Assembly: GCA_016875015.1 (NCBI GenBank)
Contig: VGSJ01000002.1
Location: 12,465-76,464, forward strand
Origin: Deltaproteobacteria bacterium
Lineage (GTDB): Bacteria; Desulfobacterota; Desulfobaccia; Desulfobaccales; 0-14-0-80-60-11
DNA length: 64,000 nt
Direction of reading: 5' to 3'
Both the position numbers and the translations under genes were made by a program. How positions within the stretch are numbered: the stretch's first letter is position 1; the number at the start of each line of letters is the position of its first letter. Below, one piece after another: positions 17,586 through 26,146 of this stretch. The notes under the pieces are model-generated. The model searched no databases. It had not been told where the DNA came from and was given only the letters and a program-made list of their open reading frames with translations.

Positions 17586-18179
17586 GGCGCCGCGTATCGG
17601 GTGGCTACCGATCGCCGCGATCTCTTCCCAGGAGATACCGCCATGATCTCAATGAGCCTCATCTCTATTCAAAAACTTAACCGGACCAGGCGGCATAATT
17701 TTGGAGCCAGGCGCCATGTAAGCGCTAGTTTAGCAAATCCTCGCCGGGAGAACAAAGGAAATCCCGGAGTAATCGCCGGGAGTTCCGGCCCGCGCCTGAT
17801 CGGCGCCGCGCCCTGGGCGCCTTAACCCGGCAACGCCAGGTCGCGGCGCCAGGCCCTCACATTTTTTTCGCGGCGACCGGTAAGCGGGGGGATTTTTCTA
17901 TGGTTACTGCCGCCCGCGCTTCCGAGACCATGGCGCTTCACCGGGGCACACCCTGGCCGCCGACCGCCCCCTCCGCCTGGCGATCTTGCCCCGCTTGATT
18001 TTTTCAGCTTCAAATCGACATGAACTTTTATAAAAAAATTCTCGTTTTATTAAAGATATTTCTTGACAGGATACTTTTTTAAATATATATGTTGGGTACG
18101 AGAAGCAAAGAATGCATAGCCAGGGAAGGGCTTACGTACTGTATCTTTTGGACTCTTAAAACTTAAAAGGAGAGAGATC

Positions 18180-18848
18180 ATGAAGGTTAAATTAGTCTTG
18201 GGTATCGTATGCTTAGCCCTGATGTGCGCAGTTCCCGGGGCTCAGGCCGCCACACTTCTCTGGAATAACGGGGCCCCCGACAGTGTTTGGGGAGCGGAGA
18301 TGGCTTCATATCTGCCCGCGAATGATTTTACCTTCGGTTCTTCCCAGACGGTGACCAACGTGCGTTTTTGGGCAGTCGCCGCGGATGGGTTTGGAACTCC
18401 GGATCCTGGCGTTTACAATAATAGCATCGTTTGGCAAATTTATGATGACGGCGGCGGCCAACCCGGCAGCCTCCTGAATTCCGGGACAGCCGCACCGACC
18501 CCGGTTTCAAGCCATGCTACCGGTTGGGGCCAATCGTACCGGTTTGATTTTTCTATCACCCCAACGACTCTGGGGCCAGGCGCCTATTGGCTCGCGCTTC
18601 ACAACGGCCCCATGACAACGCAAGGCGACTCTAACTACTATTGGGAATCAAGCGGCACAGGGGGTGTTCTGGCTTATGCTGCGGCCGCTGGAGGTGGTGC
18701 CTGGGGTCTTTGGGAGACTTATCCTTTAGGTGCTTCCTTCGCCTTTGAACTGTACAACGGTAATCCGGTTCCCCTTCCCGGGGCCGTCTGGCTCCTGGGT
18801 TCCGGTCTGCTGGGCTTGATCGGCTTGAGGAAGAAGTTGAGAAGCTAG
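18180..18848 (+). CDS. PEP-CTERM sorting-domain protein
   Basis: Signal peptide. C-terminus VPLPGAVWLLGSGLLGLIGLRKKLRS is the canonical PEP-CTERM motif plus TM helix plus basic tail. GGAGAG SD. Confidence 0.9.
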   Translation: MKVKLVLGIVCLALMCAVPGAQAATLLWNNGAPDSVWGAEMASYLPANDFTFGSSQTVTNVRFWAVAADGFGTPDPGVYNNSIVWQIYDDGGGQPGSLLNSGTAAPTPVSSHATGWGQSYRFDFSITPTTLGPGAYWLALHNGPMTTQGDSNYYWESSGTGGVLAYAAAAGGGAWGLWETYPLGASFAFELYNGNPVPLPGAVWLLGSGLLGLIGLRKKLRS

Positions 18849-18878
18849 CGCCTGCTTCCCCGTTATCCAGTCTCCCGA

Positions 18879-18908
18879 GGCAGGGTCAGTCATGGCCCTG
18901 CCTTTTTT
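18879..18908 (+). terminator. Rho-independent terminator of the PEP-CTERM gene
   Basis: GGCAGGG, 10-nt loop, CCCTGCC, followed by TTTTTT. Confidence 0.8.
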
Positions 18909-19069
18909 CCGGCCTGAATAAAGACCTGATGGCGAGTTGCGGTCAAAAATTTACAGGCGAAACGTAGGGGCGCATCTAGGTATGAGCCCTCAGGGGGGAC
19001 GCCTAGTGGTTTTTAAAATGAGCTGGCTCATATTTTTAGCAATCTTGTTGGGCCTGGGACCCCCATACA

Positions 19070-19101
19070 TAAAAAAATGGCCGCATGGACTCTGCGGCCA
19101 T
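19070..19101 (-). terminator. Rho-independent terminator of the TAC operon
   Basis: The minus strand reads ATGGCCGCA-gagtcca-TGCGGCCAT followed by T7. It lies 30 nt after the chaperone stop. Confidence 0.8.
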
Positions 19102-19130
19102 TATATCAATTTGTCAGGTGAAACGAAGGA

Positions 19131-19688
19131 TTAGGTATTAACCTTCTTGCGCCGGGGGGATTCCTTTTTGACAGGCTGATTTTCGACTTTTTTCGCCGGG
19201 GTTTTTTTCAGCACAATTTCCAACAGGGGCACCGTCAGCGCCGGAAAACCCATGCGGGAGCTCATGCTCTGCACAAACTCCCGCCAATAAGGCCAGGCAT
19301 GGGAGATGGGATTGATCCGAAAAAAATACTCTAAATCGTCAGGACCAACTTCAAAATCATCCGGGACAGCAGGAGCCTGATAAACATAAGATGTGCAAAA
19401 GGAGGCCTCAATTTTCATAACGAGTTTATCCGGCGATTCAGCGCTAAATGCAGCAACCTGAAAATTGCAGTGGATTTTATCGATGAGAGGCTTATCTTTT
19501 TCATACCAAAGAGACGTGTCGCATTTATGCTCCAAGGAAAGAGTGTCGGGAAACGCAATCAATGGGTCGCGGGTGATTTTCGCGTCAACCAGATAAATTT
19601 CTTTAAGGACATACCGTTGAGCTACGCCGACAGCCCTTTCCATATCAAGATTTTCAATAGCTACTTCCAACATAGCATTCTTATTCAT
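19131..19688 (-). CDS. SecB-like chaperone (TAC system chaperone)
   Basis: HAWPYWREFVQSMSSRMGFPALTVPLLEI aligns with E. coli SecB [29 protein letters not shown]. 185 aa with a Lys-rich tail. It is the third gene of the toxin-antitoxin operon. AAGGGGTG SD. Confidence 0.75.
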   Translation of the reverse strand: MNKNAMLEVAIENLDMERAVGVAQRYVLKEIYLVDAKITRDPLIAFPDTLSLEHKCDTSLWYEKDKPLIDKIHCNFQVAAFSAESPDKLVMKIEASFCTSYVYQAPAVPDDFEVGPDDLEYFFRINPISHAWPYWREFVQSMSSRMGFPALTVPLLEIVLKKTPAKKVENQPVKKESPRRKKVNT

Positions 19689-19699
19689 TTAAGCACCCC

Positions 19700-20107
19700 T
19701 TAATTAACAATGGCGGCTTGTGCAGAATAGCCATCAGCGAAGGTAAATTCAAATGACTCCCGAGTAACCACAGGAATCTTGGGAGGTGTATAGGTATTCT
19801 TTAATGCTATGATATTGCTTTCTTGTCTTGGCTTACCTTCTTTAAAAGGTTTGAGGGAAGCTCTATACCCTAAGACGTGGAGAATATCAGCCACAGTTCG
19901 CAGAGTAAGATTCCGGCCGCCATTCAATAATTGAGAGATAAACCCCTTTGATTTCCCTAAACGGTCGGCCAGTTCTTTCCTGGAAATCTTCTCATTATCC
20001 AAAAGCTCACAAATGGTTTCAGTAACTTCTAGAATCAAATCTTCTTGAGCAAAAAGCCTCCGGAATTCTTCATCCTTTAGGTACTCATCCAGGATTGTAG
20101 TTTTCAT
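19700..20107 (-). CDS. XRE-family HTH antitoxin (HigA-like) with C-terminal extension
   Basis: ISRKELADRLGKSKGFISQLLNGGRNLTLRTVADIL is the HTH_3 core, followed by about 55 aa beyond the HTH. Start moved to MKTTILDEY, 4 nt after the toxin stop. Confidence 0.8.
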   Translation of the reverse strand: MKTTILDEYLKDEEFRRLFAQEDLILEVTETICELLDNEKISRKELADRLGKSKGFISQLLNGGRNLTLRTVADILHVLGYRASLKPFKEGKPRQESNIIALKNTYTPPKIPVVTRESFEFTFADGYSAQAAIVN

Positions 20108-20111
20108 TTTA

Positions 20112-20519
20112 TTAATCCCCACATAACACCTTATTTTCAAAGGTTTTCTTTATTTCGATCATTTTATCAATTTCTGTTTGGTCTGTATCATCACGCTTTT
20201 TGAGACAACCATGCGTAATAACTATGTGAAAACTGTTGATATAGAAAAAGAAAAATCTGGTTTTGGAAATATGCACATCTCTGAATTCGTAAAACCCTGA
20301 GGCCTTTTTCCCCTTTAATTTTGCGAGTAAGTCAGTATTGATAGTTTTTCCATGGTTGGCAAAATATTGGATGATTTTCAAAACTCTTGCTTGATGAATT
20401 TTTGACAATTCTTTTCCATTTAAAAATTTTTTCGCCGGGCATTGACCGGTGGGAGACAAGAAAAAATCAACCCTCACTTTCTTCCCGAAGACAAAGGGCT
20501 CGCTGCGCGGTCTCGGCAT
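20112..20519 (-). CDS. Gp49/HigB (RelE-fold)-like toxin
   Basis: F....G.CPAKKFL......K..ARVLK...........LAKLKG..ASGFYEFRDV...TRFFFFY......VITHGCLKK...T...EIDK follows the pattern of the phage Gp49-like/HigB family. It lies upstream of the antitoxin, as in higBA. Confidence 0.75.
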   Translation of the reverse strand: MPRPRSEPFVFGKKVRVDFFLSPTGQCPAKKFLNGKELSKIHQARVLKIIQYFANHGKTINTDLLAKLKGKKASGFYEFRDVHISKTRFFFFYINSFHIVITHGCLKKRDDTDQTEIDKMIEIKKTFENKVLCGD

Positions 20520-20526
20520 GTCATTT

Positions 20527-20554
20527 AGTTTATATAAACATAAACATTTGTCAA
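20527..20554 (-). promoter_or_regulatory. TAC operon promoter with palindromic operator
   Basis: Minus strand: TTGACA, 16 nt, TAAACT, then only 7 nt to the toxin ATG and no SD. The perfect palindrome GTTTATATAAAC (20528-20539) overlaps the -10 hexamer and spacer. Confidence 0.55.
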
Positions 20555-20675
20555 GAAGAAATCAAGCCGGAGTAGGAAAAATGTCACTGCGTTCTCTCGC
20601 TAAGCAAATGCCCGCTCGCCTTGACATTTCCAGGGAAACCGGGTAGCGTGAACGCTACAGATAAAGGGGGAGAGT

Positions 20676-21506
20676 ATGGTGGGAAGCCGGTTTTGGTTAG
20701 GGGTGGCGGGCAGCATTCTGGGGGTGCTGTTGTTGGCCGCGGGGGTGCACGCCGAGCCCCAGCCCGTGGCCTACGTGGGGCTGAAGCACAGCCTGGTGCG
20801 CCAGGGTCTCAATAAGGATTATATTGCCAAGACCTTCGCCGACCCCCGGAACCAATTCCTGCCGGACGTGGTCAAGAAGATCGCCTACCTGGGCAAGGAA
20901 TCCCCGGATATCTACAAGAAATTTATGACCCCGGAGACCGCGGCCCGGGGCCGGGCCTATATGGCGACGCACCGGGCGACCCTGAGCCGGGCCGAGGCCC
21001 GCTACGGCGTCGCCCCGGAAGTCATCGTGGGCATCCTCACCGTTGAGTCCGGCCTGGGCACCAGCACCGGCAAATACCCGGTCTTCAACGTCTTTGCCTC
21101 CCTGGCGGTCATGGACACCCCCGAGGTCATCAAGGAAGTGAGGTTGACCGCTTCCAAAGACCGCCTGAAAAAGAAGGCGGCCTGGGCCCGGCGGGAGTTA
21201 GGCATCTTCCTGGAATACTGCGCCTCCCACCAGGTGGATCCATTTTCCCTGCGCGGCTCCTGGGCCGGGGCCATGGGGTACTGCCAGTTTCTCCCCTCCA
21301 GCCTGCAGCGCTGCGGAGTGGCGGCGAACGGCAAAGGCCCGGTGGACCTGTTCACCCACGACGACGCCATCTTGAGCATCGCCTGCTATCTCAACAAGAG
21401 CGGCTTTAAAAGCCAAAACCGCGCCTCCTGGCGGCGCGCCGTCTATAGCTACAATCACTCCGACGCCTACGTGGACGCGGTGCTGACCCTGGCCAGCCGG
21501 TATTGA
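20676..21506 (+). CDS. Lytic murein transglycosylase (MltB family)
   Basis: LTVESGLGT (catalytic Glu), GAMGYCQFLPSS, YNHSDAYV. Signal peptide present. Confidence 0.85.
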   Translation: MVGSRFWLGVAGSILGVLLLAAGVHAEPQPVAYVGLKHSLVRQGLNKDYIAKTFADPRNQFLPDVVKKIAYLGKESPDIYKKFMTPETAARGRAYMATHRATLSRAEARYGVAPEVIVGILTVESGLGTSTGKYPVFNVFASLAVMDTPEVIKEVRLTASKDRLKKKAAWARRELGIFLEYCASHQVDPFSLRGSWAGAMGYCQFLPSSLQRCGVAANGKGPVDLFTHDDAILSIACYLNKSGFKSQNRASWRRAVYSYNHSDAYVDAVLTLASRY

Positions 21507-21516
21507 AGCAATCCTT

Positions 21517-23235
21517 ATGGATAAGAAAGAGGTGGCGGCCGTCCTGGAGGAGATCGCTCTCCTCTTGGATCTGGCCGGGGAAAACCCTTTCAAGGTGAGG
21601 GCCTACGAAGCCGGGGCCCGGGCGGTGCTCACCTTCCCGGGAGACCTGGACGCGGCCCGGCGCTCGGGAGAACTGGCCCGGGTCAAGGGCATCGGCAAAT
21701 CCCTGGCCGGGGTCATCGAAGAACTGCTCACCCGGGGGGAGGCGGCCCTGCACCGGGGGCTCAAAGACAAAACCCCGCCGGGGCTCCTGGAACTGCTGCG
21801 GGTGCCGGGTTTGGGCCCCAAGAAAGTCCGGGTGCTGTTTGACGAACTGCACATCGCCGGCTTAGGCGAACTGGAATACGCCTGCCAGGAGAACCGCCTG
21901 ATCGGGCTCCCCGGCTTCGGGGCCAAATCCCAGGAGAAGATCAAGGCCGCCCTGGCCGGTTTGAAGCGCTACGCCGGGCTCTTCCGCTTAGGGGACCTCT
22001 TGCCCCTGGCCGAATCCCTGGCGGGCCGGTGGCGGCGCGTCCCCGGCATTCTCCGGCTGGAGGTGGCCGGCCCGGTGCGCCGCCGCCTGGAAGTGGCCGA
22101 TGCCATTGATCTGGCGGTGGCCACCGACCAGCCGCACCGGGTGCTGGCAGAACTGGAAAAAGTTTGTGGCGCCGAGTTTGTGGCGCCCTACCCCGGCCTG
22201 GCCGCCACCACCCTGCCCCAGGGGGCGCCGCTCCGGCTGACCCTGGCCGCCCCCGAGGGGTTCGGGGCCGCGTGGCTTGCAGCCACCGGCAACAACGACC
22301 ACTTCCGGGCCTTACAAAACCTGGCCCGGGAGCATCACCTGGATCTGACCCCCCAGGGATTGTGGGCCGCAGGCCAACTCCAGCCCTCCCGGGAAGAATC
22401 GGACATTTACCGGCGCCTGGGATTGCCCCTGATACCGCCCGAGTTGCGGGAGGGCCTGGGAGATATCGAGGCCGGGCAGCAAAACCGCTTGCCCCGCCTC
22501 ATTACCCCCGAGGAGGTCCGGGGCTGCTTCCACGTCCATTCCTCCTACAGCGACGGCGTCAATTCCCTGGCGGAGCTGATCGCCGCCGCCAAACAGAGAG
22601 GCTGGAGCTACCTGGGGATCTCGGACCACAGCCAGTCGGCTTATTACGCCGGGGGGCTGAAAGCGCCGGACCTCACGCGGCAAAGAGAGGAGGTGGAAAT
22701 CCGGCGGCGGGAACATCCAGATTTCACCCTGTTCTGGGGGGTGGAATCGGACATCCTGAGCGATGGCTCGCTGGATTACCCTGATGAGATATTGCAAGGA
22801 TTCGATTTCGTCATCGCCTCCATCCATTCCCAGTTCAGCCTCAAGCGGGAGGCCATGACCGAACGCATCTTGACCGCCCTGGCCAACCCCTTCTGCACCA
22901 TGCTGGGGCACATGAGCGGCCGCCTGCTCCTGGCCCGGGAACCGTATGCCCACGACCTGGATGCCATCCTGAAATTCGCCGGGGCCCACCGGGTGATTAT
23001 GGAAATCAACGCCAGCCCTTACCGCCTGGACCTGGACTGGCGGTGGCTGCGCCGGGCCAAGGAATTGGGGATTTTAGTCAGTATCAACCCCGACGCCCAT
23101 AGCTTGGAAGGCCTGGATGACGTAAACTATGGGGTGACGACGGCCCGGAAAGGCTGGCTGGCCCCGGAAGACGTGCTCAATACCTACCCGCCGGCCGAAG
23201 CGGCCGAACTGCTGCACCGCCGCCGGGCGGGGTAG
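21517..23235 (+). CDS. polX: Family X DNA polymerase with C-terminal PHP domain
   Basis: N-terminal HhH (NPFKVRAYE.GAR) and a Pol-beta-like core, followed by a PHP domain (FHVHSSYSDG...SDHS...). Confidence 0.9.
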   Translation: MDKKEVAAVLEEIALLLDLAGENPFKVRAYEAGARAVLTFPGDLDAARRSGELARVKGIGKSLAGVIEELLTRGEAALHRGLKDKTPPGLLELLRVPGLGPKKVRVLFDELHIAGLGELEYACQENRLIGLPGFGAKSQEKIKAALAGLKRYAGLFRLGDLLPLAESLAGRWRRVPGILRLEVAGPVRRRLEVADAIDLAVATDQPHRVLAELEKVCGAEFVAPYPGLAATTLPQGAPLRLTLAAPEGFGAAWLAATGNNDHFRALQNLAREHHLDLTPQGLWAAGQLQPSREESDIYRRLGLPLIPPELREGLGDIEAGQQNRLPRLITPEEVRGCFHVHSSYSDGVNSLAELIAAAKQRGWSYLGISDHSQSAYYAGGLKAPDLTRQREEVEIRRREHPDFTLFWGVESDILSDGSLDYPDEILQGFDFVIASIHSQFSLKREAMTERILTALANPFCTMLGHMSGRLLLAREPYAHDLDAILKFAGAHRVIMEINASPYRLDLDWRWLRRAKELGILVSINPDAHSLEGLDDVNYGVTTARKGWLAPEDVLNTYPPAEAAELLHRRRAG

Positions 23236-23310
23236 ATTGCTTGGGGAAGGAGTTAAGTATTACCCACAAATAAGCGGGAAGATAAGAACTAGTTGTAAAC
23301 ACGATAAATT

Positions 23311-23412
23311 TTCCTCTCCCCTGCGAGGGGAGAGGGTTAGGGGTGGCTTCGTCGGCTGACACCCCCCTCACCCCAGCCCTCTCCCCCCCAAAAAGCGGGG
23401 GGAGAGGGAGAA
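23311..23412. repeat. CCTCTCCCC/GGGGAGAGG and CCCCTCACCCC hairpin repeats
   Basis: CCTCTCCCCTGCGAGGGGAGAGGGTTAGGGGTGG ... CCCCCCTCACCCCAGCCCTCTCCCCCCC..GGGGGGAGAGGGAG. Same family as inside 15543-15650. Confidence 0.8.
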
Positions 23413-23546
23413 AAATCGAAACCCTGCAACCGAATTTACTTACAGGTAACGGCTACCACCAGGGGCGGGGAGAATATTTAGAGCCCAAATCATTATTCGA
23501 CATATTACTATAGCCTGCACCTCCCTCATTGAACAAGGGGAACAAT

Positions 23547-24065
23547 ATGGCAGCAAAAGTGGTTGACATCGGCATTGTTTTAGGCAGCGCCTCGGACTGG
23601 CCCTTGGTTTCGCCCGCCGCAGCGTTGCTCAAGGATTGGGGGATCGCCTTTGAAGTGGTGGTGGCCTCGGCCCACCGCGCCCCCAAGCGGGTCCAGGCCT
23701 ATGCCCGGGACGCGGCGACCCGGGGGATAAAGGTCATCATCGCCGTGGCCGGGATGGCGGCTCATCTGGCGGGGGTCTTGGCCGCAGAGACCACCTTGCC
23801 GGTGATCGGCGTGCCCATGCCCGGCTCCCATCTAAACGGCCTGGACAGCCTGCTGTCCACGGTGCAGATGCCCGCGGGGGTGCCCGTGGCCACCATGGCC
23901 GTGGGCGCGGCCGGGGCCCAAAACGCCGCTATCTTTGCCGTCCAGATCCTGGCTCTCGGCGACCCGAGGCTCAAGGAGCGGCTCAAGCGCCACAAGGAAG
24001 AACTGGAGGAGAAGGTGGCCCGGCAGGCGGATCAGATCCCGGCCGAATACCGCCGCGGCGAATGA
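23547..24065 (+). CDS. purE: 5-(carboxyamino)imidazole ribonucleotide mutase
   Basis: IVLGSASDW, SAHR.P, AG.AAHL.GV.A..T.LPVIGVP. ATG at 23547 preferred (AAGGGGA SD) over the track TTG at 23529. Confidence 0.9.
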   Translation: MAAKVVDIGIVLGSASDWPLVSPAAALLKDWGIAFEVVVASAHRAPKRVQAYARDAATRGIKVIIAVAGMAAHLAGVLAAETTLPVIGVPMPGSHLNGLDSLLSTVQMPAGVPVATMAVGAAGAQNAAIFAVQILALGDPRLKERLKRHKEELEEKVARQADQIPAEYRRGE

Positions 24066-24086
24066 CTACCGGGTAAAGGTGCGCAT

Positions 24087-25211
24087 ATGATGATCACCAC
24101 CATGGTGGACCTGGCCATTGACCTGGCGGCCCTGGCGCACAACTATCGCCAGTTGCGCCGCCTCTGTGATCCCCAGGTCAAGATGCTGGCGGTAGTCAAG
24201 GCCGATGCCTATGGGCACGGGCTGCTCCCCGTGGCCCGGAAGCTCGCCGCGGCCGGCGCGGATTATTTGGGGGTGGGGTCCCTGGAAGAAGGGCTGATGC
24301 TGCGCCAGGCGGAGATCACCCTCCCGGTGCTGCTGCTCTTGGGCATTTTGCCGGAGGAAGCCGAACGGGCGGTGGCTGCCGACCTGGAGGTTTCCCTGTT
24401 CCGCCTGGATGTGGCCCAGGCGTTGTCGAACGCGGCACAGAATCAGGGCAAAAAGGCCAAAGTGCACCTGAAGGTGGATACCGGCATGGGCCGCCTGGGA
24501 GTGCTGCCCCAGGAGGTCTTGCCGTTTTTGGCGAGCTTAAAAAAAATGCGGCGCCTGTTGGTCATGGGCCTGATCTCCCACCTGGCGGTGGCGGATCAGG
24601 AGGACAAGACCTATACTCATAAGCAGCTGCAGGAATTTAGGTCGCTTTTGGCCGCGGCCCGGGAAGAGGGCTGGAAGCTGCCCCTGAGTCATATTGCCAA
24701 CAGCGCCGCCCTCTGGGAGTTGCCCGAGGCTCATATGGGCCTGGTGCGGCCGGGTCTCATGCTTTACGGTTCGCCTCCTTCCCCGGATCGGCCGCCGCCG
24801 GTCCCGCTCCAGCCGGTGATGTCCCTGGCGGCCCGGGTCCTCCAGGTGAAGCGCCTGCCCCCGGGGACCAGCATCAGCTACGGCTGCACCTACATCACCC
24901 CGGACTGGTGCGACCTGGCGGTGCTGCCCGTGGGTTACTGCAACGGCTACAGCCGTCTCAACTCCAATCGGGGCGAGGTCCTCATCCACGGCCGCCGGGC
25001 CCCCATCCGGGGCCGGGTGTGCATGAACCTCACCATGGTGGACGTCACCGGCCTCCCGGAGGTCAAGGCGGGCGACCGGGCCGTGTTCCTGGGCCGGGAC
25101 CAGGGGGAGGTGCTGCGCGCCGAGGACCTGGCCGGCTGGGCTAAGACCATCAGTTATGAAGTTTTCTGCGCCCTGGGGAGTTCAAACCTCAGGCGCTATA
25201 CCGGAGTGTGA
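24087..25211 (+). CDS. alr: Alanine racemase
   Basis: AVVKADAYGHG PLP-lysine motif over a full-length Ala racemase pattern. Confidence 0.95.
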   Translation: MMITTMVDLAIDLAALAHNYRQLRRLCDPQVKMLAVVKADAYGHGLLPVARKLAAAGADYLGVGSLEEGLMLRQAEITLPVLLLLGILPEEAERAVAADLEVSLFRLDVAQALSNAAQNQGKKAKVHLKVDTGMGRLGVLPQEVLPFLASLKKMRRLLVMGLISHLAVADQEDKTYTHKQLQEFRSLLAAAREEGWKLPLSHIANSAALWELPEAHMGLVRPGLMLYGSPPSPDRPPPVPLQPVMSLAARVLQVKRLPPGTSISYGCTYITPDWCDLAVLPVGYCNGYSRLNSNRGEVLIHGRRAPIRGRVCMNLTMVDVTGLPEVKAGDRAVFLGRDQGEVLRAEDLAGWAKTISYEVFCALGSSNLRRYTGV

Positions 25212-25212
25212 C

Positions 25213-25389
25213 ATGGAGAGAAAACCCGACGCCCGGGAACCCAGCATCTGCCTGGTCTGCGCCTGGCGCGAGACCTGCGTCAAGAAATACTCCTTCACCG
25301 GCCAGCACTGCCTGGAGTACACCCGGGACCTGACGATCAAGGCCAAGCCGGAGGGTGAGGCGCCTGCGAAAGATGGGGAAAAAGGGTAA
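25213..25389 (+). CDS. Small 58-aa four-Cys protein, coupled to alr
   Basis: MERKPDAREPSICLVCAWRETCVKKYSFTGQHCLEY... The ATG lies 1 nt after the alr TGA, with GGAG 6 nt upstream. Within track ORF 25156..25389. Confidence 0.5.
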   Translation: MERKPDAREPSICLVCAWRETCVKKYSFTGQHCLEYTRDLTIKAKPEGEAPAKDGEKG

Positions 25390-25446
25390 AAGGGGAAAAG
25401 GCGAAAGAGTGGGTAATCTATCAGGCTATTAAAACCCCGGTTTCTT

Positions 25447-25518
25447 TGTCATCCTGAGCGTAGCGAAGGATCTCATCTATCTGAAAATGCGAGATTCTTC
25501 GCTCCGCTCAGAATGACA
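25447..25518. repeat. Second copy of the TGTCAT(T/C)CTGAGCG...GAGATTCTTCGC palindromic element
   Basis: TGTCATCCTGAGCGTAGCGAAGGATCTC ... GAGATTCTTCGCTCCGCTCAGAATGACA. Confidence 0.85.
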
Positions 25519-25589
25519 AGAAAAATGTAGGGCGGCATTGCCCGCCATCCTCATTATCCGTGCTTTTCTAATAATTGAGGCAATAATTG

Positions 25590-26146
25590 ATGGAAATTGA
25601 CTACCTAAAGCTATATGACGATGAAAATTACTTGCTTGAGGAAGTTTCAAGGCGTTTTTCTGAGCATGGGTACCTTGAGGCTTTTGACTTTTTTGCATTG
25701 TAATTTGGAAGGCAAATCGTTCTAAATCCAAGATCGCAAAACGCCTCTTATCTAAGGGGCACCCAGACCTGGACTCGGCGGTGGTTGCTTTGACAAAATC
25801 CTTAGCAAAGGCCGCAAATGATAAGACGCTGATGAAAATATTGTTCGAGGATTGGGGCTTTCTGCTACCCATGGCGTCCGCCATTTTGACGGTTCTTTAT
25901 CCCATGTCGTTTACTATTTATGACTTTCGGATTTGTGAAGTGCTTGATGACTTCTATAATTTACAGAACAAAACGAATTTTGATTCTCTCTGGAACGGAT
26001 ATGAATTATTCGTAGCCGCGGTAAAGAAGATTGGACCCTCGGAATATAGTTTGAGAAATAAAGACCGATGGTCATGGGGTAAATCATTCTCCCGGCAACT
26101 CGAAAAAGATATAGCCGAGAATTTCCGAAAGAAAGTTGACGAATAA
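25590..26146 (+). pseudogene. Low-GC hypothetical gene split by a frameshift in a T6 tract
   Basis: ATG 25590 gives MEIDYLKLYDDENYLLEEVSRRFSEHGYLEAFDFF, then TAA at 25701. The -1 frame is open from 25688 and continues CIVIWKANRSKSKIAKRL...MVALTKS... (track ORF 25781..26146). The junction is TTTTTT at 25689-25694. Confidence 0.6.

Noticed and set aside
19131-19145. TTAATACCTAA at the end of the SecB-like gene as another copy of the TAATACC stop-codon-docked element
   Set aside because: The AATACC here is coding (..V N T *) and precedes the stop. No inverted-repeat partner or 102-nt unit follows.
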